Shown here piece by piece: positions 37,275 through 48,149 of a stretch of 64,000 nt of DNA. A program made the position numbers and the translations under genes. This DNA is from Patescibacteria group bacterium. GTDB taxonomy: Bacteria > Patescibacteriota > Minisyncoccia > Phycocordibacterales > XYD1-FULL-46-19. Below the pieces are notes generated by a model. That model did not search any database. It was not told where the DNA came from and was given only the letters and a program-made list of their open reading frames with translations. Every line of letters starts with the position of its first letter. Position 1 is the first letter of the stretch. The stretch is from NCBI GenBank assembly GCA_048617235.1, contig JBMCHT010000001.1:118043-182042 (forward strand). Direction: 5' to 3'.

Positions 37275-38666
37275 ATGTCAGCAGAAAATTTAAAAGAATA
37301 TAAAACAGTTAAATCCATTGCCGGACCCTTGATTATTGTTGAAGGTGTTTCCGGTATCGCTTATGATGAAATGGTTGAAGTTAGAGTTCCCGGCGAAAAT
37401 AAAGTTCGGATGGGAAAAGTCTTAGATTCTCATCAGGACAAAGCTATTGTGCAAATGTTTGATCCGACCAATGGAGCCCAAACTCAAGGTACTCGAGTCA
37501 GATTTACCGGCAAAGCGGCTACTATGAATTTGGCCGAAAGTATGTTGGGGCGTGTTTTTTCCGGAGCCGGACAACCAATAGATGGCGGACCGGAAATTAT
37601 ACCGGAGAAAAACACTCCCATTTCCGGAGCTCCAATAAATCCTTGGAGTCGAGAATTTCCAAACGACTTTATTCAAACCGGTATTTCTTCAATTGATGTA
37701 ATGAATACCTTGGTTCGCGGTCAAAAATTACCTATTTTTTCCGGTTCCGGTTTACCGCACGCTCGCCTGGCTGCTCAAATAGCTCGTCAAGCTAAAGTAG
37801 TCTCCGGAGAAAATTTTGCTATTGTTTTTGGTACTATGGGAGTAACTTTTGAGGAAGCAGCTTATTTCCAAAAAGAATTTACCGATACCGGCGCCATAGA
37901 AAGATCAGTCCTATTTGTTAATACAGCCGCCGACCCGGTGATTGAAAGAATTTCCACCCCCCGTCTGGCTCTAACTTGTGCCGAATATTTGGCTTTTGAA
38001 AAAAATATGCATGTTTTGGTTATTCTAACCGATATGACTAATTACTGTGAAGCTTTGAGAGAAATTTCTTCCACCAGAAAAGAAGTTCCCGGACGTCGTG
38101 GATACCCCGGTTATATGTATACCGATCTATCTACCATTTTTGAAAGAGCCGGAAAAATCAAAGGTTGCTCCGGTAGTATTACTCAGATACCAATTTTAAC
38201 TATGCCTGATGACGATAAAACTCACCCCATTCCAGACTTAACCGGTTACATTACCGAAGGTCAATTTATTATTGCCCGCGATCTTTATAATAATGGTATT
38301 TTTCCACCGGTGGATGTTCAAGGTTCATTATCTCGTCTATGGTCAGCCGGAGTCGGCCCGGAAAAAACTCGTGAAGACCATTCTAGTCTTAAAGATCAAT
38401 TATTTGCCGCCTACGCTGTCGGCAAAGAAGTTAGAGAACTGGCAGTGGTTTTAGGAGAATCCTCTTTATCTGAATCTGATCGTGACCATCTTCGTTTCGC
38501 TGATGCTTTTGAACAAGAATTTTTAAACCAAGGAGAACAAACTGACAGATCCGTAGCTGAATCTTTAGATATTGGTTGGCGTTTATTAACTATTCTGCCA
38601 CCAGAATCTTTAAAGAGAGTCAAAGCCGATATGATAGAAAGATATCTACCAAAAAAAGACAAATAA
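37275..38666 (+). CDS. atpB: V/A-type ATP synthase subunit B
   Basis: 463 aa. Called by similarity to regulatory B subunits. The P-loop is degenerate. Confidence 0.9.
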   Translation: MSAENLKEYKTVKSIAGPLIIVEGVSGIAYDEMVEVRVPGENKVRMGKVLDSHQDKAIVQMFDPTNGAQTQGTRVRFTGKAATMNLAESMLGRVFSGAGQPIDGGPEIIPEKNTPISGAPINPWSREFPNDFIQTGISSIDVMNTLVRGQKLPIFSGSGLPHARLAAQIARQAKVVSGENFAIVFGTMGVTFEEAAYFQKEFTDTGAIERSVLFVNTAADPVIERISTPRLALTCAEYLAFEKNMHVLVILTDMTNYCEALREISSTRKEVPGRRGYPGYMYTDLSTIFERAGKIKGCSGSITQIPILTMPDDDKTHPIPDLTGYITEGQFIIARDLYNNGIFPPVDVQGSLSRLWSAGVGPEKTREDHSSLKDQLFAAYAVGKEVRELAVVLGESSLSESDRDHLRFADAFEQEFLNQGEQTDRSVAESLDIGWRLLTILPPESLKRVKADMIERYLPKKDK

Positions 38667-38682
38667 TTTAATTATTTTATTT

Positions 38683-39303
38683 ATGAGTAAAACCAGTCCC
38701 ACTAGGATCAATCTTCTCAACCAAAAAAAGGACTTAAAAACAGCCCAAAAGGGTTATAAATTACTCAAAGATAAAAGAGATGGTTTGATGAAAAAATTTA
38801 TGGAAGTGATTAAACAAACCAAAAATCAGCGTCGGATAGTTGAAAAAGAACTCTCTTTTGTCTTCCATAATTATCTACAAGCTTCTTCTATTTTGGATCA
38901 TCGTTTCATAGTAACCGCCTTGGCCGGTACCGGAGCCAAAATTAAATTAAAAGCCGATTACCATAATTTAATGTCCGTCCCTATTCCGGAGATAAACTCT
39001 TCTTTGGAAGGTAATCCTTTAAATTACAGTTATCTGGAAACTAACGGAGATTTAGACACAGCAATCAATCGTTTAGCCGAAATCTTACCCTCTTTAATGA
39101 AACTAGCCGAGATGGAAACCACTATTGAAAATTTGAGTTTGGAGATAGAAAAAACCAGACGTCGCACCAGTGCCTTAGAACACAAAATGATACCGACATT
39201 AGAAAAAAATATTCGTTTTATCAGTGATCGTCTAGAAGAACAAGGTCGAGAAACCATTGTCAGAACCATGAGAATTAAAGCCATGGTTACCGCTAATGAA
39301 TAA
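38683..39303 (+). CDS. atpD: V/A-type ATP synthase subunit D
   Basis: 206-aa coiled-coil central-stalk protein, immediately after A and B. Confidence 0.75.
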   Translation: MSKTSPTRINLLNQKKDLKTAQKGYKLLKDKRDGLMKKFMEVIKQTKNQRRIVEKELSFVFHNYLQASSILDHRFIVTALAGTGAKIKLKADYHNLMSVPIPEINSSLEGNPLNYSYLETNGDLDTAINRLAEILPSLMKLAEMETTIENLSLEIEKTRRRTSALEHKMIPTLEKNIRFISDRLEEQGRETIVRTMRIKAMVTANE

Positions 39304-39311
39304 TTTTAAAT

Positions 39312-39620
39312 ATGACTTTACTTAAAAATATAACCGAAGCCGAGAACCAAGCCCAAATCAAGTTGGACAAAGCCAAAACAGAAGGCGAAGCAATAATTAC
39401 TGCAGCTAATAAATCAAAACAAAATATTTTAAATCAAGCTGAAACTGAAGCTCAAACCGAAGCTAAAAAAATAAAAGAACAAGCCAAAAACAAAGCCTTG
39501 GAAACCACTAAAGAAATAACTAATAAAAATAACCAAGCTTTAGAAAAATTGCAAACTTTGGTGACTAAAAATAAACCGGTTGTTTTAGATAAAATATTAA
39601 AACAGATTACCGAATTTTAA
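39312..39620 (+). CDS. V/A-type ATP synthase subunit G/H (peripheral stalk)
   Basis: 102-aa all-helical protein rich in A/E/K/Q. It lies between D and I. Confidence 0.5.
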   Translation: MTLLKNITEAENQAQIKLDKAKTEGEAIITAANKSKQNILNQAETEAQTEAKKIKEQAKNKALETTKEITNKNNQALEKLQTLVTKNKPVVLDKILKQITEF

Positions 39621-39629
39621 TTTATTAAT

Positions 39630-41585
39630 ATGGCTATTATTCCAATGCAAAAAGTAAGATTATTGGTTCACAAACAAACTGAACCTGAAATTTTAGCTTA
39701 TTTGCAACACAAACAAATAATGGAAATCTCTGCTAAAACGGAAACGGTGAATCAAGTTTGGATTTATAAAAATAAAGAAACTTTTACCAATGAAGCTTTA
39801 GCGGCTGATTTGGATTTCGTGGTTAATTTTCTGGAAGACTATAATCCCAAATCCAATATTAAAAAAGCCCTGGAAGGTAAAACGGTAATAGTTAAAGAAG
39901 AGTTGATTATCGATACAGTCAATAATTTCAATCCCCAACAAGTGATAACTAAAGCCATAGAATTAGAAAAAAAACTAAACAAAGCCGAACAAGAATTATC
40001 AGATAATAAAAATACTCTTCATTTATTATTCAATTGGATTGCTTGGCCTTATCCTTTAGATTGGCCTTTAGAAACCACTCACACCGCCACTTTATTATTA
40101 TCCGGTTCCACCGTTAATTTAAAAGATTTCTCCCAAAAACTAACAGAACTAAAAACCCCTCAACCGGAAGTGGAAAATATAAGCGAAACTGCTTTGGCGG
40201 TTACTGTTTGGCGATCAGAATTAAAAAGCGTTACCGAAATGGCTAGTCGTCACGATCTAACTCCCATCACTTTACCAACTGTTAAAACTACCGGGCAAAC
40301 AATAACGGAAAAAATAACGGAAATGGAAACCGATCAAGAAAAACTTTATCAGGAAATAGCAAGCATAAAGAATCAATTGAGAGATTTAACTGAACAAAAT
40401 CTGGATAAATTAAAAATATTAAGTGATTATTGGTATTGGGAAAAGAACAAACATGAAGTCAGTCAATCTCTACCGGGTACAAACAAAGTCTCAATCATTA
40501 ACGGTTGGATACCCCAAGCGGAAATTGATAACTTACAAATGGAAGTTAAAAAAATAACTCCCTATGCCATTATAGAAAAAACAGAACCCCAACCGGAAGA
40601 AATACCCCCAACTAAGATTCATAATAATGCTTTAGTGGCTCCTTTTGAAACCGTTACCCGTTTATACGGCTTACCGGGAACTAAAAATATAGATCCGACT
40701 CTTTTCTTGTCCGGCTTCTTCTTTATATTTTTTGGTCTCTGTTTAACCGATGTCGGCTATGGTTTAATCTTACTGCTGTTAACCGGCCTGATTCTAACTT
40801 GTTATAAACTACCCAAAGACATCAAGCCAATGATTAATCTTATTTGGTTGGGTGGTTTATCTTCTGTAATTATTGGTTTGTTTTTTGGCGGTTATCTCGG
40901 CATAGATCCGCAATTTTTACCAGCTTGGGCCAGAGCTTTACAAAAATTTGACCCCATTGGTGAACCAATGACGGTATTTTTCTTATCTTTAATGATGGGA
41001 GTATTGCAAATAATTTTTGGCCTAATCTTGGATATTTACCGTCAAGCCAAACTGGGTTATTTAAAGGACGGTCTTTTAGATCAAATTCCTTGGTTATCTT
41101 TATTTACCGGTTTGGGGTTGTGGGCCGGCGGTCAATTTGGAAACTGGTCTTTAGCTGAAATTATAGCTCCATGGTGGATAATAATCTCGATTATTGCTTT
41201 GGTATTAACTCAAGGACGAAAAGAAGATAATCTGATAAAAAAACTATTTATGGGCGTACTTAGCCTTTATAATTCTGTCGGTTTTTTATCCGATGTTTTA
41301 TCTTACTCTCGCCTCTTGGCTTTGGGTTTGGCTACCAGCGCTATGGCTTTTTCGGTTAACATGATTGCTTTAATGGTTAAAGATATGATTCCGATTGTCG
41401 GCTGGATTTTAATGATAGCTATTTTAATAGTTGGTCATTTATTTAATCTTACGGTCAATTTACTGGGAGCTTTTGTTCATTCCGCTCGTTTGCAATTCGT
41501 TGAATTTTTTGGTAAATTCATAACCGATACTGGACGCAATTTTGAAGCTTTTGGCCGTCAAGAAAGACATGTTACTTTTGATTAA
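39630..41585 (+). CDS. atpI: V/A-type ATP synthase subunit I (a-subunit)
   Basis: 651 aa. Soluble N-terminal half plus a multi-TM C-terminal half containing the conserved Arg-bearing helix region (LSYSRLLALGLATS). Confidence 0.8.
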   Translation: MAIIPMQKVRLLVHKQTEPEILAYLQHKQIMEISAKTETVNQVWIYKNKETFTNEALAADLDFVVNFLEDYNPKSNIKKALEGKTVIVKEELIIDTVNNFNPQQVITKAIELEKKLNKAEQELSDNKNTLHLLFNWIAWPYPLDWPLETTHTATLLLSGSTVNLKDFSQKLTELKTPQPEVENISETALAVTVWRSELKSVTEMASRHDLTPITLPTVKTTGQTITEKITEMETDQEKLYQEIASIKNQLRDLTEQNLDKLKILSDYWYWEKNKHEVSQSLPGTNKVSIINGWIPQAEIDNLQMEVKKITPYAIIEKTEPQPEEIPPTKIHNNALVAPFETVTRLYGLPGTKNIDPTLFLSGFFFIFFGLCLTDVGYGLILLLLTGLILTCYKLPKDIKPMINLIWLGGLSSVIIGLFFGGYLGIDPQFLPAWARALQKFDPIGEPMTVFFLSLMMGVLQIIFGLILDIYRQAKLGYLKDGLLDQIPWLSLFTGLGLWAGGQFGNWSLAEIIAPWWIIISIIALVLTQGRKEDNLIKKLFMGVLSLYNSVGFLSDVLSYSRLLALGLATSAMAFSVNMIALMVKDMIPIVGWILMIAILIVGHLFNLTVNLLGAFVHSARLQFVEFFGKFITDTGRNFEAFGRQERHVTFD

Positions 41586-41620
41586 AATTAAAAGAATTAA
41601 TAAATTAATAAAATATAAAT

Positions 41621-42094
41621 ATGGAATTATTACTTGCCCCTATATTGGTTTTCACCGGTGCCGCTATCGCTTCAACTTTATCATTTATTGGATCAGCCTT
41701 GGGAATGAATTATGCCGGCCAAGCCGCTTCCGGAGCTACTTCGGAAAAACCGGAATTGTTTGGGAAAATGCTCTTAATGCAAGCCTTGCCCGGTTCTCAG
41801 GGTATTTACGGATTAGTGGGTGCTTTCTTAATTTTAAGCTTTGCCGGTTTCTTGGGTGGCGACGCTTCCTCTTTAACCGTCACTGAAGGTGCTCTATATG
41901 CCATTGTTGGCTTGCCTATCGGTTTTTCCGGTCTGCTCTCAGGTATGCTTCAAGGTCGAGTAGCAGCTACCGGTGTTTTAATGATTGCCAAAGACGATGC
42001 TTTAGTCTCCCGAGCTATTATCTACTCAGCTATGGTGGAAACTTGGGCTATCTTCGGTTTATTGATCGGTTTCATCCTCTTAACTTCCATCTAA
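41621..42094 (+). CDS. atpK: V/A-type ATP synthase subunit K (proteolipid c)
   Basis: 157-aa hydrophobic, Gly/Ala-rich proteolipid with duplicated hairpins. Confidence 0.8.
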   Translation: MELLLAPILVFTGAAIASTLSFIGSALGMNYAGQAASGATSEKPELFGKMLLMQALPGSQGIYGLVGAFLILSFAGFLGGDASSLTVTEGALYAIVGLPIGFSGLLSGMLQGRVAATGVLMIAKDDALVSRAIIYSAMVETWAIFGLLIGFILLTSI

Positions 42095-42106
42095 ACTTAA
42101 AATAAT

Positions 42107-42685
42107 ATGCCCGACTCCGATTTAATTAAAAAAATATTAACTGATGCTGAAAGTGAAGCTCAAGCTACACTCAGTCAAGCTCAAGCCGAGGCGGATAAAA
42201 TAACCACCGAAGCCAAAAAAGAAGCAGATAAAAAGAAAAAAGAAATCTTGAAAAAGGCCGAGATAGAAGCTGAAAAGACAACTTCTCAACTCATAGCCGT
42301 AGCCAGGCAAAAAGCCAAATTAGAGACAGAAACAGCTAAAGACTCTTATATTCAAAATATTAAAAAAGAAGCTGAAGAAATTATAATTACTTGGTCAACT
42401 GATAAATACACTGCTTGGCTGGAAACTGAACTTAAAAAAATAAAAATTGAAGCAGAAAATGATATAGTTTGTAAAACCACCCCAAAGAGAATAACCGAAA
42501 CCGAACAAGCCTTAAAAAATATCGGTTTAACTATTCCGGTTAAAGCCGATAAAAATATTTCCGCCGGAGTTGTATTAGAATCACCAAAATCAGTCTACGA
42601 CTTATCTTTAATAAAAACAATCACAGAAGTTTTAACTGAAAATAAAGCAGACCTAGCTTCTGTTTTATTTAACGATTCTCGCTAA
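42107..42685 (+). CDS. atpE: V/A-type ATP synthase subunit E
   Basis: 192 aa with an A/E/K-rich N-terminal coiled coil. Called by size and position. Confidence 0.6.
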   Translation: MPDSDLIKKILTDAESEAQATLSQAQAEADKITTEAKKEADKKKKEILKKAEIEAEKTTSQLIAVARQKAKLETETAKDSYIQNIKKEAEEIIITWSTDKYTAWLETELKKIKIEAENDIVCKTTPKRITETEQALKNIGLTIPVKADKNISAGVVLESPKSVYDLSLIKTITEVLTENKADLASVLFNDSR

Positions 42686-42689
42686 CATT

Positions 42690-43685
42690 ATGAATCATCA
42701 GTATTTATACTCAGCCTCTTTAATTAAAACTTTAGAAAAAGATTTATTGTCAGCTGAACAATTAAACAGGTTATTGGCTTCAGAAACCGGTCAAGATATT
42801 AAAAATGCCTTAACAGACACTTTTATCGGTCACGGTTTAGCCGAAAACGAGGAACAAACTTTAACTTTGGCTCAAGTTAACGAACTTTTAGAAAAAGCGA
42901 TTCTGGAAGCCAAGAATATATTAACAAACAGTGCTCCGGAACCGGAAATACTCGGTTTAATCTGGTTAAAATATGATTTGCATAATATCAGAGCTTTTTT
43001 AACCAGTCGCGGTTTAAATTTATCTGATGAAAATACCAATAAACGCTGGATTTCTCCCTTGGGTCAATATCATCCTCCACTGTTATTAGAGGCTTGTGAA
43101 AATGCAAGTTTAAAATGGATAAGGCCCGAATGGGAAATTATTGACGACTTAATTAAAAGACCAGATCAACTCAATTACCAAATTGACGCCAATATAGATT
43201 TGGCCTATCTCTTATCCGTTGATAAAATAGCCCAAATAGCCTCACCTTTTATTAAAGAATATACATCCACCATTATAGATTTTCATAATATTATCAATTA
43301 TTTGCGCCATAATACTGACCAATCAATATCTCCTCCTCTGGCTCCCAGTGGCTCTGTTTCACCCGAACAATTACAGCAATTAACCAAAGAGGAGGCCTTA
43401 AAATTATTTTATCGCTTTGGCGGAGAATCTACTTGGAAAGAAGCCGTGGAAGAATATTTAGAAACCGAACAATTTACCGCTTTAACTAAAAATATAGACA
43501 ATTATTTGATTGATTGGTTGATTGAAAACTCTAGGAAAAATGTTTTTTCCGTTGCTACTCTCTTGTCTTATTTTAATAATAAGAAAAATGATGCTCGAAT
43601 AATCAGATCGGTTGTCTCCGGATTATTGGCTGGCTTAGATCCACAATTAATTAAAAATAATTTGAGAAAAATCAGACATGCCTAA
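42690..43685 (+). CDS. atpC: V/A-type ATP synthase subunit C
   Basis: 331-aa helical protein. Called by size and position between E and F. Confidence 0.55.
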   Translation: MNHQYLYSASLIKTLEKDLLSAEQLNRLLASETGQDIKNALTDTFIGHGLAENEEQTLTLAQVNELLEKAILEAKNILTNSAPEPEILGLIWLKYDLHNIRAFLTSRGLNLSDENTNKRWISPLGQYHPPLLLEACENASLKWIRPEWEIIDDLIKRPDQLNYQIDANIDLAYLLSVDKIAQIASPFIKEYTSTIIDFHNIINYLRHNTDQSISPPLAPSGSVSPEQLQQLTKEEALKLFYRFGGESTWKEAVEEYLETEQFTALTKNIDNYLIDWLIENSRKNVFSVATLLSYFNNKKNDARIIRSVVSGLLAGLDPQLIKNNLRKIRHA

Positions 43686-44016
43686 AACAAACGATAAAAA
43701 ATTATTAATTATCGGTTCAGAAGAATTAATAACCATATTTCAAGCCATTGGAGCAGAGATCTATAACTGCCAAAAACCGGAAGAAGCTTTTACAAAAATA
43801 CTGGATTTAAAAAATGATTCCCATTCCGACTATGGCGTTATTTTGATTTCCAACGCCTTAACCGGCCAATGGCCGGATACTTATTTTGATCAATTAACCG
43901 GTACCGGCTTACCAGCGGTTATTTCTATACCAGATTTAACAGGAAAATCAGATCTGGATAAACTCCGTCGTTTAACTGAGAGAGCTATCGGTTCAGATAT
44001 TTCCGATACTCAATAA
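43678..44016 (+). CDS. atpF: V/A-type ATP synthase subunit F
   Basis: 112 aa. N-terminus KKLLIIGSEELITIFQAIGAEIY resembles subunit F (..IAVIGD.D...GF.LAG). Confidence 0.6.
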   Translation: MPKTNDKKLLIIGSEELITIFQAIGAEIYNCQKPEEAFTKILDLKNDSHSDYGVILISNALTGQWPDTYFDQLTGTGLPAVISIPDLTGKSDLDKLRRLTERAIGSDISDTQ

Positions 44017-44018
44017 AA

Positions 44019-46088
44019 CTAAACATCTATATTAGCCAATTTAGCATGAGTTTGAATAAATAAACGCCTGGGTTCTACTAAGTTACCCATTAAAATATCA
44101 AAGGTTTCATCAGCCTTTACTGCATCATCTATGGTTACTTGTTTAAGCACTCTTTGTTCCGGATCCATAGTGGTTTCCCACAACTCTTCCGGATTCATCT
44201 CTCCCAAACCTTTATATCTTTGCAAATCGATTTTAGTTCCGGTTTTCTTTTTCTCTGTCTCTTCTATCTCTTCCGTCTCTTCTTGATCATCATCTTCAGT
44301 TTCAATTTTTGCAATTTCCGCTCTCATCCCTCCCAACTTTTTAACCAAATCATTTTTCTCTTTTTCGGTAAAAACATAATGAATTTCTTTACCTTTTTTG
44401 ACTTTATACAAAGGCGGTTGAGCTATATATAAATAACCACCTTCTATCACCGGTCTAAAATGACGATAAAAAAGAGTCATTAACAAAGTCCGAATATGAG
44501 CTCCGTCCACATCGGCATCAGTAGCGATTATAATTTTATGATAACGCAATTTATCCAAATCAAAAGTATCCCCAATGGCAGTCCCCAGAGCAATAATTAA
44601 TGACTTTACCTCTTTAGAGGCCAACACCTTATCTATCCGTGCTTTTTCTACATTTAAAATTTTACCCCTTAAAGGCAAGATAGCCTGAGTTCGTCGATCT
44701 CGACCCTGTTTACTGGAACCACCGGCTGAGTCCCCCTCTACTATAAATAACTCCGATTCAGATGCATCTTTAGTTTGACAATCTGCCAATTTACCGGGCA
44801 ATGTCAATCCATCCAAAGCCCCTTTTCTCAAAACCGAATCCTTGGCCGCCTTAGCCGCTTTTCTGGCTTTTAAAGCCAGAAATACCTTAGCGATTATGGC
44901 TTTGGCATCATCCGGATGTTCTTCTAAAAATAAAGACAAAGCCTCTCCAAAAACATTTTCTACTGCACTCCTGGCTTCCATTGTCCCTAATTTAGCTTTG
45001 GTTTGACCTTCAAACTGAGGATCTTGCAACTTAACCGATACTACAGATACTAAACCCTCCCTAACATCATCTCCGGTAAAATTACCATCACTCTCTTTTA
45101 ATAAATTATTTTTTCGAGCATAGTCATTAAGAGATCGAGTTAAAGCCGTTCTGAAACCCGTCAAATGAGTTCCCCCTTCCGGTGTTAAAGTATTATTGGT
45201 GAAACTAACTTCTCGGCTATCTATATCGTCTATATATTGAAAAGCCACTTCTACCTCCACTTGATTGTGACTTTTTTCCACATAAAAAATATTTTTATGA
45301 ATCGGTTTTTCTTTTTTATTATAAAACTTAACCAAAGACAATAAACCACCTTCAAAATAAAAAGAGCGAGTGGGAACTTCCAAACCCAAATCAGATACAA
45401 AGAAAACCTCCTCGGCTTTTACCGGTTCAATCGCTTGGCGGGCATCTATTATTCTTATACGCAAACCTTTAACCAAATAAGCCTGACTGCGCATATGATA
45501 GACTACCCTCTCCCAATCATACTTAGTTTCCGAAAAAACAATTTCATCCGGTTTAAAAGTAATTATGGTTCCTTGTAAATCAGATTTACCAACTTTTTTA
45601 ATCGGATTATCAGGCACTCCACATTTATAAGTTTGTACATAACATCCTCCATCTCGATGAATTTCCGCTCGCAACCAAGAAGACAAAGCATTAACCACCG
45701 AAGCTCCCACTCCATGCAATCCTCCGGAGATTTTATAACTATCGCCTGAAAACTTTCCTCCGGCATGTAAAACTGTCATTACCGTTTCCAAGGTAGACTT
45801 TTTTGTTTTAGGATGAGGTTCCACCGGGATACCGGTACCATTATCTACAATTCTAACCGCTCCTTCGGGTAATAAAGTGATCTCCACTTCATCCGCATAA
45901 CCATTCATAGCCTCATCGCGCGAGTTATCAAAAATCTCCACCAAAAGATGGTGCAAACCGTCAGGTCCGGTAGAACCGATATACATTCCCGGTCTTTTTC
46001 TAACCGGTTCCAAACCCTCTAAAACCTGAATTTGTTCGGCTCCATATTTTCTGGTTTGATTCTTGTTTTTGTTATTTTTAGCCGGCAT
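44019..46088 (-). CDS. gyrB: DNA gyrase subunit B
   Basis: GHKL ATPase HHLLVEIFDNSRDEA, the Toprim EGDSAGG motif, and the C-terminal tail. 689 aa. Confidence 0.85.
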   Translation of the reverse strand: MPAKNNKNKNQTRKYGAEQIQVLEGLEPVRKRPGMYIGSTGPDGLHHLLVEIFDNSRDEAMNGYADEVEITLLPEGAVRIVDNGTGIPVEPHPKTKKSTLETVMTVLHAGGKFSGDSYKISGGLHGVGASVVNALSSWLRAEIHRDGGCYVQTYKCGVPDNPIKKVGKSDLQGTIITFKPDEIVFSETKYDWERVVYHMRSQAYLVKGLRIRIIDARQAIEPVKAEEVFFVSDLGLEVPTRSFYFEGGLLSLVKFYNKKEKPIHKNIFYVEKSHNQVEVEVAFQYIDDIDSREVSFTNNTLTPEGGTHLTGFRTALTRSLNDYARKNNLLKESDGNFTGDDVREGLVSVVSVKLQDPQFEGQTKAKLGTMEARSAVENVFGEALSLFLEEHPDDAKAIIAKVFLALKARKAAKAAKDSVLRKGALDGLTLPGKLADCQTKDASESELFIVEGDSAGGSSKQGRDRRTQAILPLRGKILNVEKARIDKVLASKEVKSLIIALGTAIGDTFDLDKLRYHKIIIATDADVDGAHIRTLLMTLFYRHFRPVIEGGYLYIAQPPLYKVKKGKEIHYVFTEKEKNDLVKKLGGMRAEIAKIETEDDDQEETEEIEETEKKKTGTKIDLQRYKGLGEMNPEELWETTMDPEQRVLKQVTIDDAVKADETFDILMGNLVEPRRLFIQTHAKLANIDV

Positions 46089-46256
46089 ATAAATTGACAG
46101 ACAAAACCAAATTGGTAAATCTTTACCTTTTAAATAAGCTAAAATTCAATCAATCTAATTTATTTTTTAACTTAAACTCACCCTTTTATTATACACCAAT
46201 ATCGACAATAAACCAAGCTTTTCTATTACAAAATACGGCTTAACCATAACCTGTTT

Positions 46257-48146
46257 TTACCTAATTTCCAAACCTTGCTCTTTTAATTTATTTTCAATTC
46301 CAGACATGATTTTATTAACTTCCGAATCGGTTAAAGTTTTATCTGCAGATTGAAAAACCAACCGGTAAGCCAAGGACACTTTTCCTTCTTTTTCATAACG
46401 ATCAAATAAACTAGGACCAAAAACCAGCCAAGAACCGGCTAAATTTTTAACAATATTTTCTACTTCAGCCTCCGATTCACCGGCTGTTAACCATAAAGAT
46501 ATATCTCTAATTATAACCGGATAAACCGAAAGCGGTTTGTATTTTACCTCTTCCTTGATTAAACCAGCTTCTTTTAAAGATTGGTGGTCATCAATAACCG
46601 CTTTCGGTAAGCACCCTTCCCAAATTGTTATTTTATCCTCGGTTTTGGTTTTTTGCCATTCTATTTCTTCTGTTCCCCAAATATTTTTAAGATTGGCTAC
46701 TGCCTCAGTTAAAACAACATCTGCCTCTTTATGCCATCTAGATTTTCTATGCCCCAAACCAATAGCCAATCTAACTTCTTCTTTATCCGGAGCCAAAAAA
46801 ACCGTTCCAATCTCAAAAACCATTACCGGATCTGTATCAAAAACCAGATAATTTAAATTTCGTTTAATTAATGTTGTTAAATTATCAGCCAAATTAGTCC
46901 GTAAAAAAGATTTAGTTTTATCTGCCGGATTGGCCACCTTAACTTTCCCCTGATCGGTAAAACTACGACTATAAATTTCATTCCAACCGGCTAAAGCCAA
47001 TTGACGCCTAACCGCTTGAATAGACACCCATAAAGGATCATCCCTTCTTTTATTTTCAAATGTTGTCGGTAAAACTTTCTCTAGTTTATCATAACCATGC
47101 AATCGACCGACCTCTTCCACTAAATCCACCGGCTCTTTAATATCTCTACGCCACCAAGGGACGGTAATTTCCATATCGGGACTAACGACAAAACCTAAAT
47201 GATTTAAATACCTCTTAACGGTATTTTCATCCAACCGCAAGCCCAATTTTTGACCCAGATAGCCTACATCCACTTTAAACTTAATCTCTTCTTCCTCTTG
47301 TGGATAATAATCAAAAATCGAACCGACTTTTCGAGCTCCGGTTAAGGCCACTAAACCGGTAATAAAATAATTAAGAGCTTCTGCCGTCAAAACTGGAGAC
47401 GGATTATTCTCAAAACGTTTAATCGAGTCTGTTCTCAAACTCAATCGAGTGGCCGTTTTCCTAACCCGTACCGGTTGAAAATTAGCCGATTCCAAAATCA
47501 AATTAACCGTTTCTTCGCTGACTCCGGCTCTTATTCCTCCTTTAATTCCGGCTAAGGCCAGAGGGCCAATTTCATCAGCTATAACCAAATCTTGATTAGA
47601 TAAAATATAATTTTTATTATCCAAAGAAGTAAATTCTTCTCCTTCACCGGCTAAACGAACCTCTATTTTACCTTTAACTTTGTCTGCATCAAAAGCATGT
47701 AATGGTTGACCGGTATCCAACATTATAAAATTAGACAAATCTACCACATTATTAATCACTCCCGCTTCTAAATTTTTTAAACCGGTTGCCAACCAGGTCG
47801 GAGAAGGGTTTATCTTAATTCCTTCCACTTTAACCGCCATATAACGGCGACAATCTTTATCTATATTACCGACAACCACCGATGAATCATCTCCGGCTAA
47901 AGCTAAATAATTTCTAGTTGGAAAATCTATTTCTAAAATGGCCGCCAATTCCCGAGCCAACCCTTCATGACTCAAACAATCTCCGGCTCGGTTGGGCAAA
48001 ATATCTATTTCTAAAATATGATCATCTCCTAAATCTATAATAGCTTCCACTTCAAAAGCTTTATCGTTGATACTTTTAATCAACTTGGTAACCGGAGGTA
48101 ATTGACCGGACAATCTTTGATTTAACCAATTATAAGAATAAAGCAT
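46257..48146 (-). CDS. pheT: phenylalanine--tRNA ligase beta subunit (short form)
   Basis: B3/B4 domain (HAFDADKVKGKIEVR), a B5 domain, and a C-terminal FDX-ACB-like domain (FDRYEKEGKVSLAYRLVFQS). It lies downstream of pheS. Confidence 0.85.
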   Translation of the reverse strand: MLYSYNWLNQRLSGQLPPVTKLIKSINDKAFEVEAIIDLGDDHILEIDILPNRAGDCLSHEGLARELAAILEIDFPTRNYLALAGDDSSVVVGNIDKDCRRYMAVKVEGIKINPSPTWLATGLKNLEAGVINNVVDLSNFIMLDTGQPLHAFDADKVKGKIEVRLAGEGEEFTSLDNKNYILSNQDLVIADEIGPLALAGIKGGIRAGVSEETVNLILESANFQPVRVRKTATRLSLRTDSIKRFENNPSPVLTAEALNYFITGLVALTGARKVGSIFDYYPQEEEEIKFKVDVGYLGQKLGLRLDENTVKRYLNHLGFVVSPDMEITVPWWRRDIKEPVDLVEEVGRLHGYDKLEKVLPTTFENKRRDDPLWVSIQAVRRQLALAGWNEIYSRSFTDQGKVKVANPADKTKSFLRTNLADNLTTLIKRNLNYLVFDTDPVMVFEIGTVFLAPDKEEVRLAIGLGHRKSRWHKEADVVLTEAVANLKNIWGTEEIEWQKTKTEDKITIWEGCLPKAVIDDHQSLKEAGLIKEEVKYKPLSVYPVIIRDISLWLTAGESEAEVENIVKNLAGSWLVFGPSLFDRYEKEGKVSLAYRLVFQSADKTLTDSEVNKIMSGIENKLKEQGLEIR

Positions 48147-48149
48147 AAA

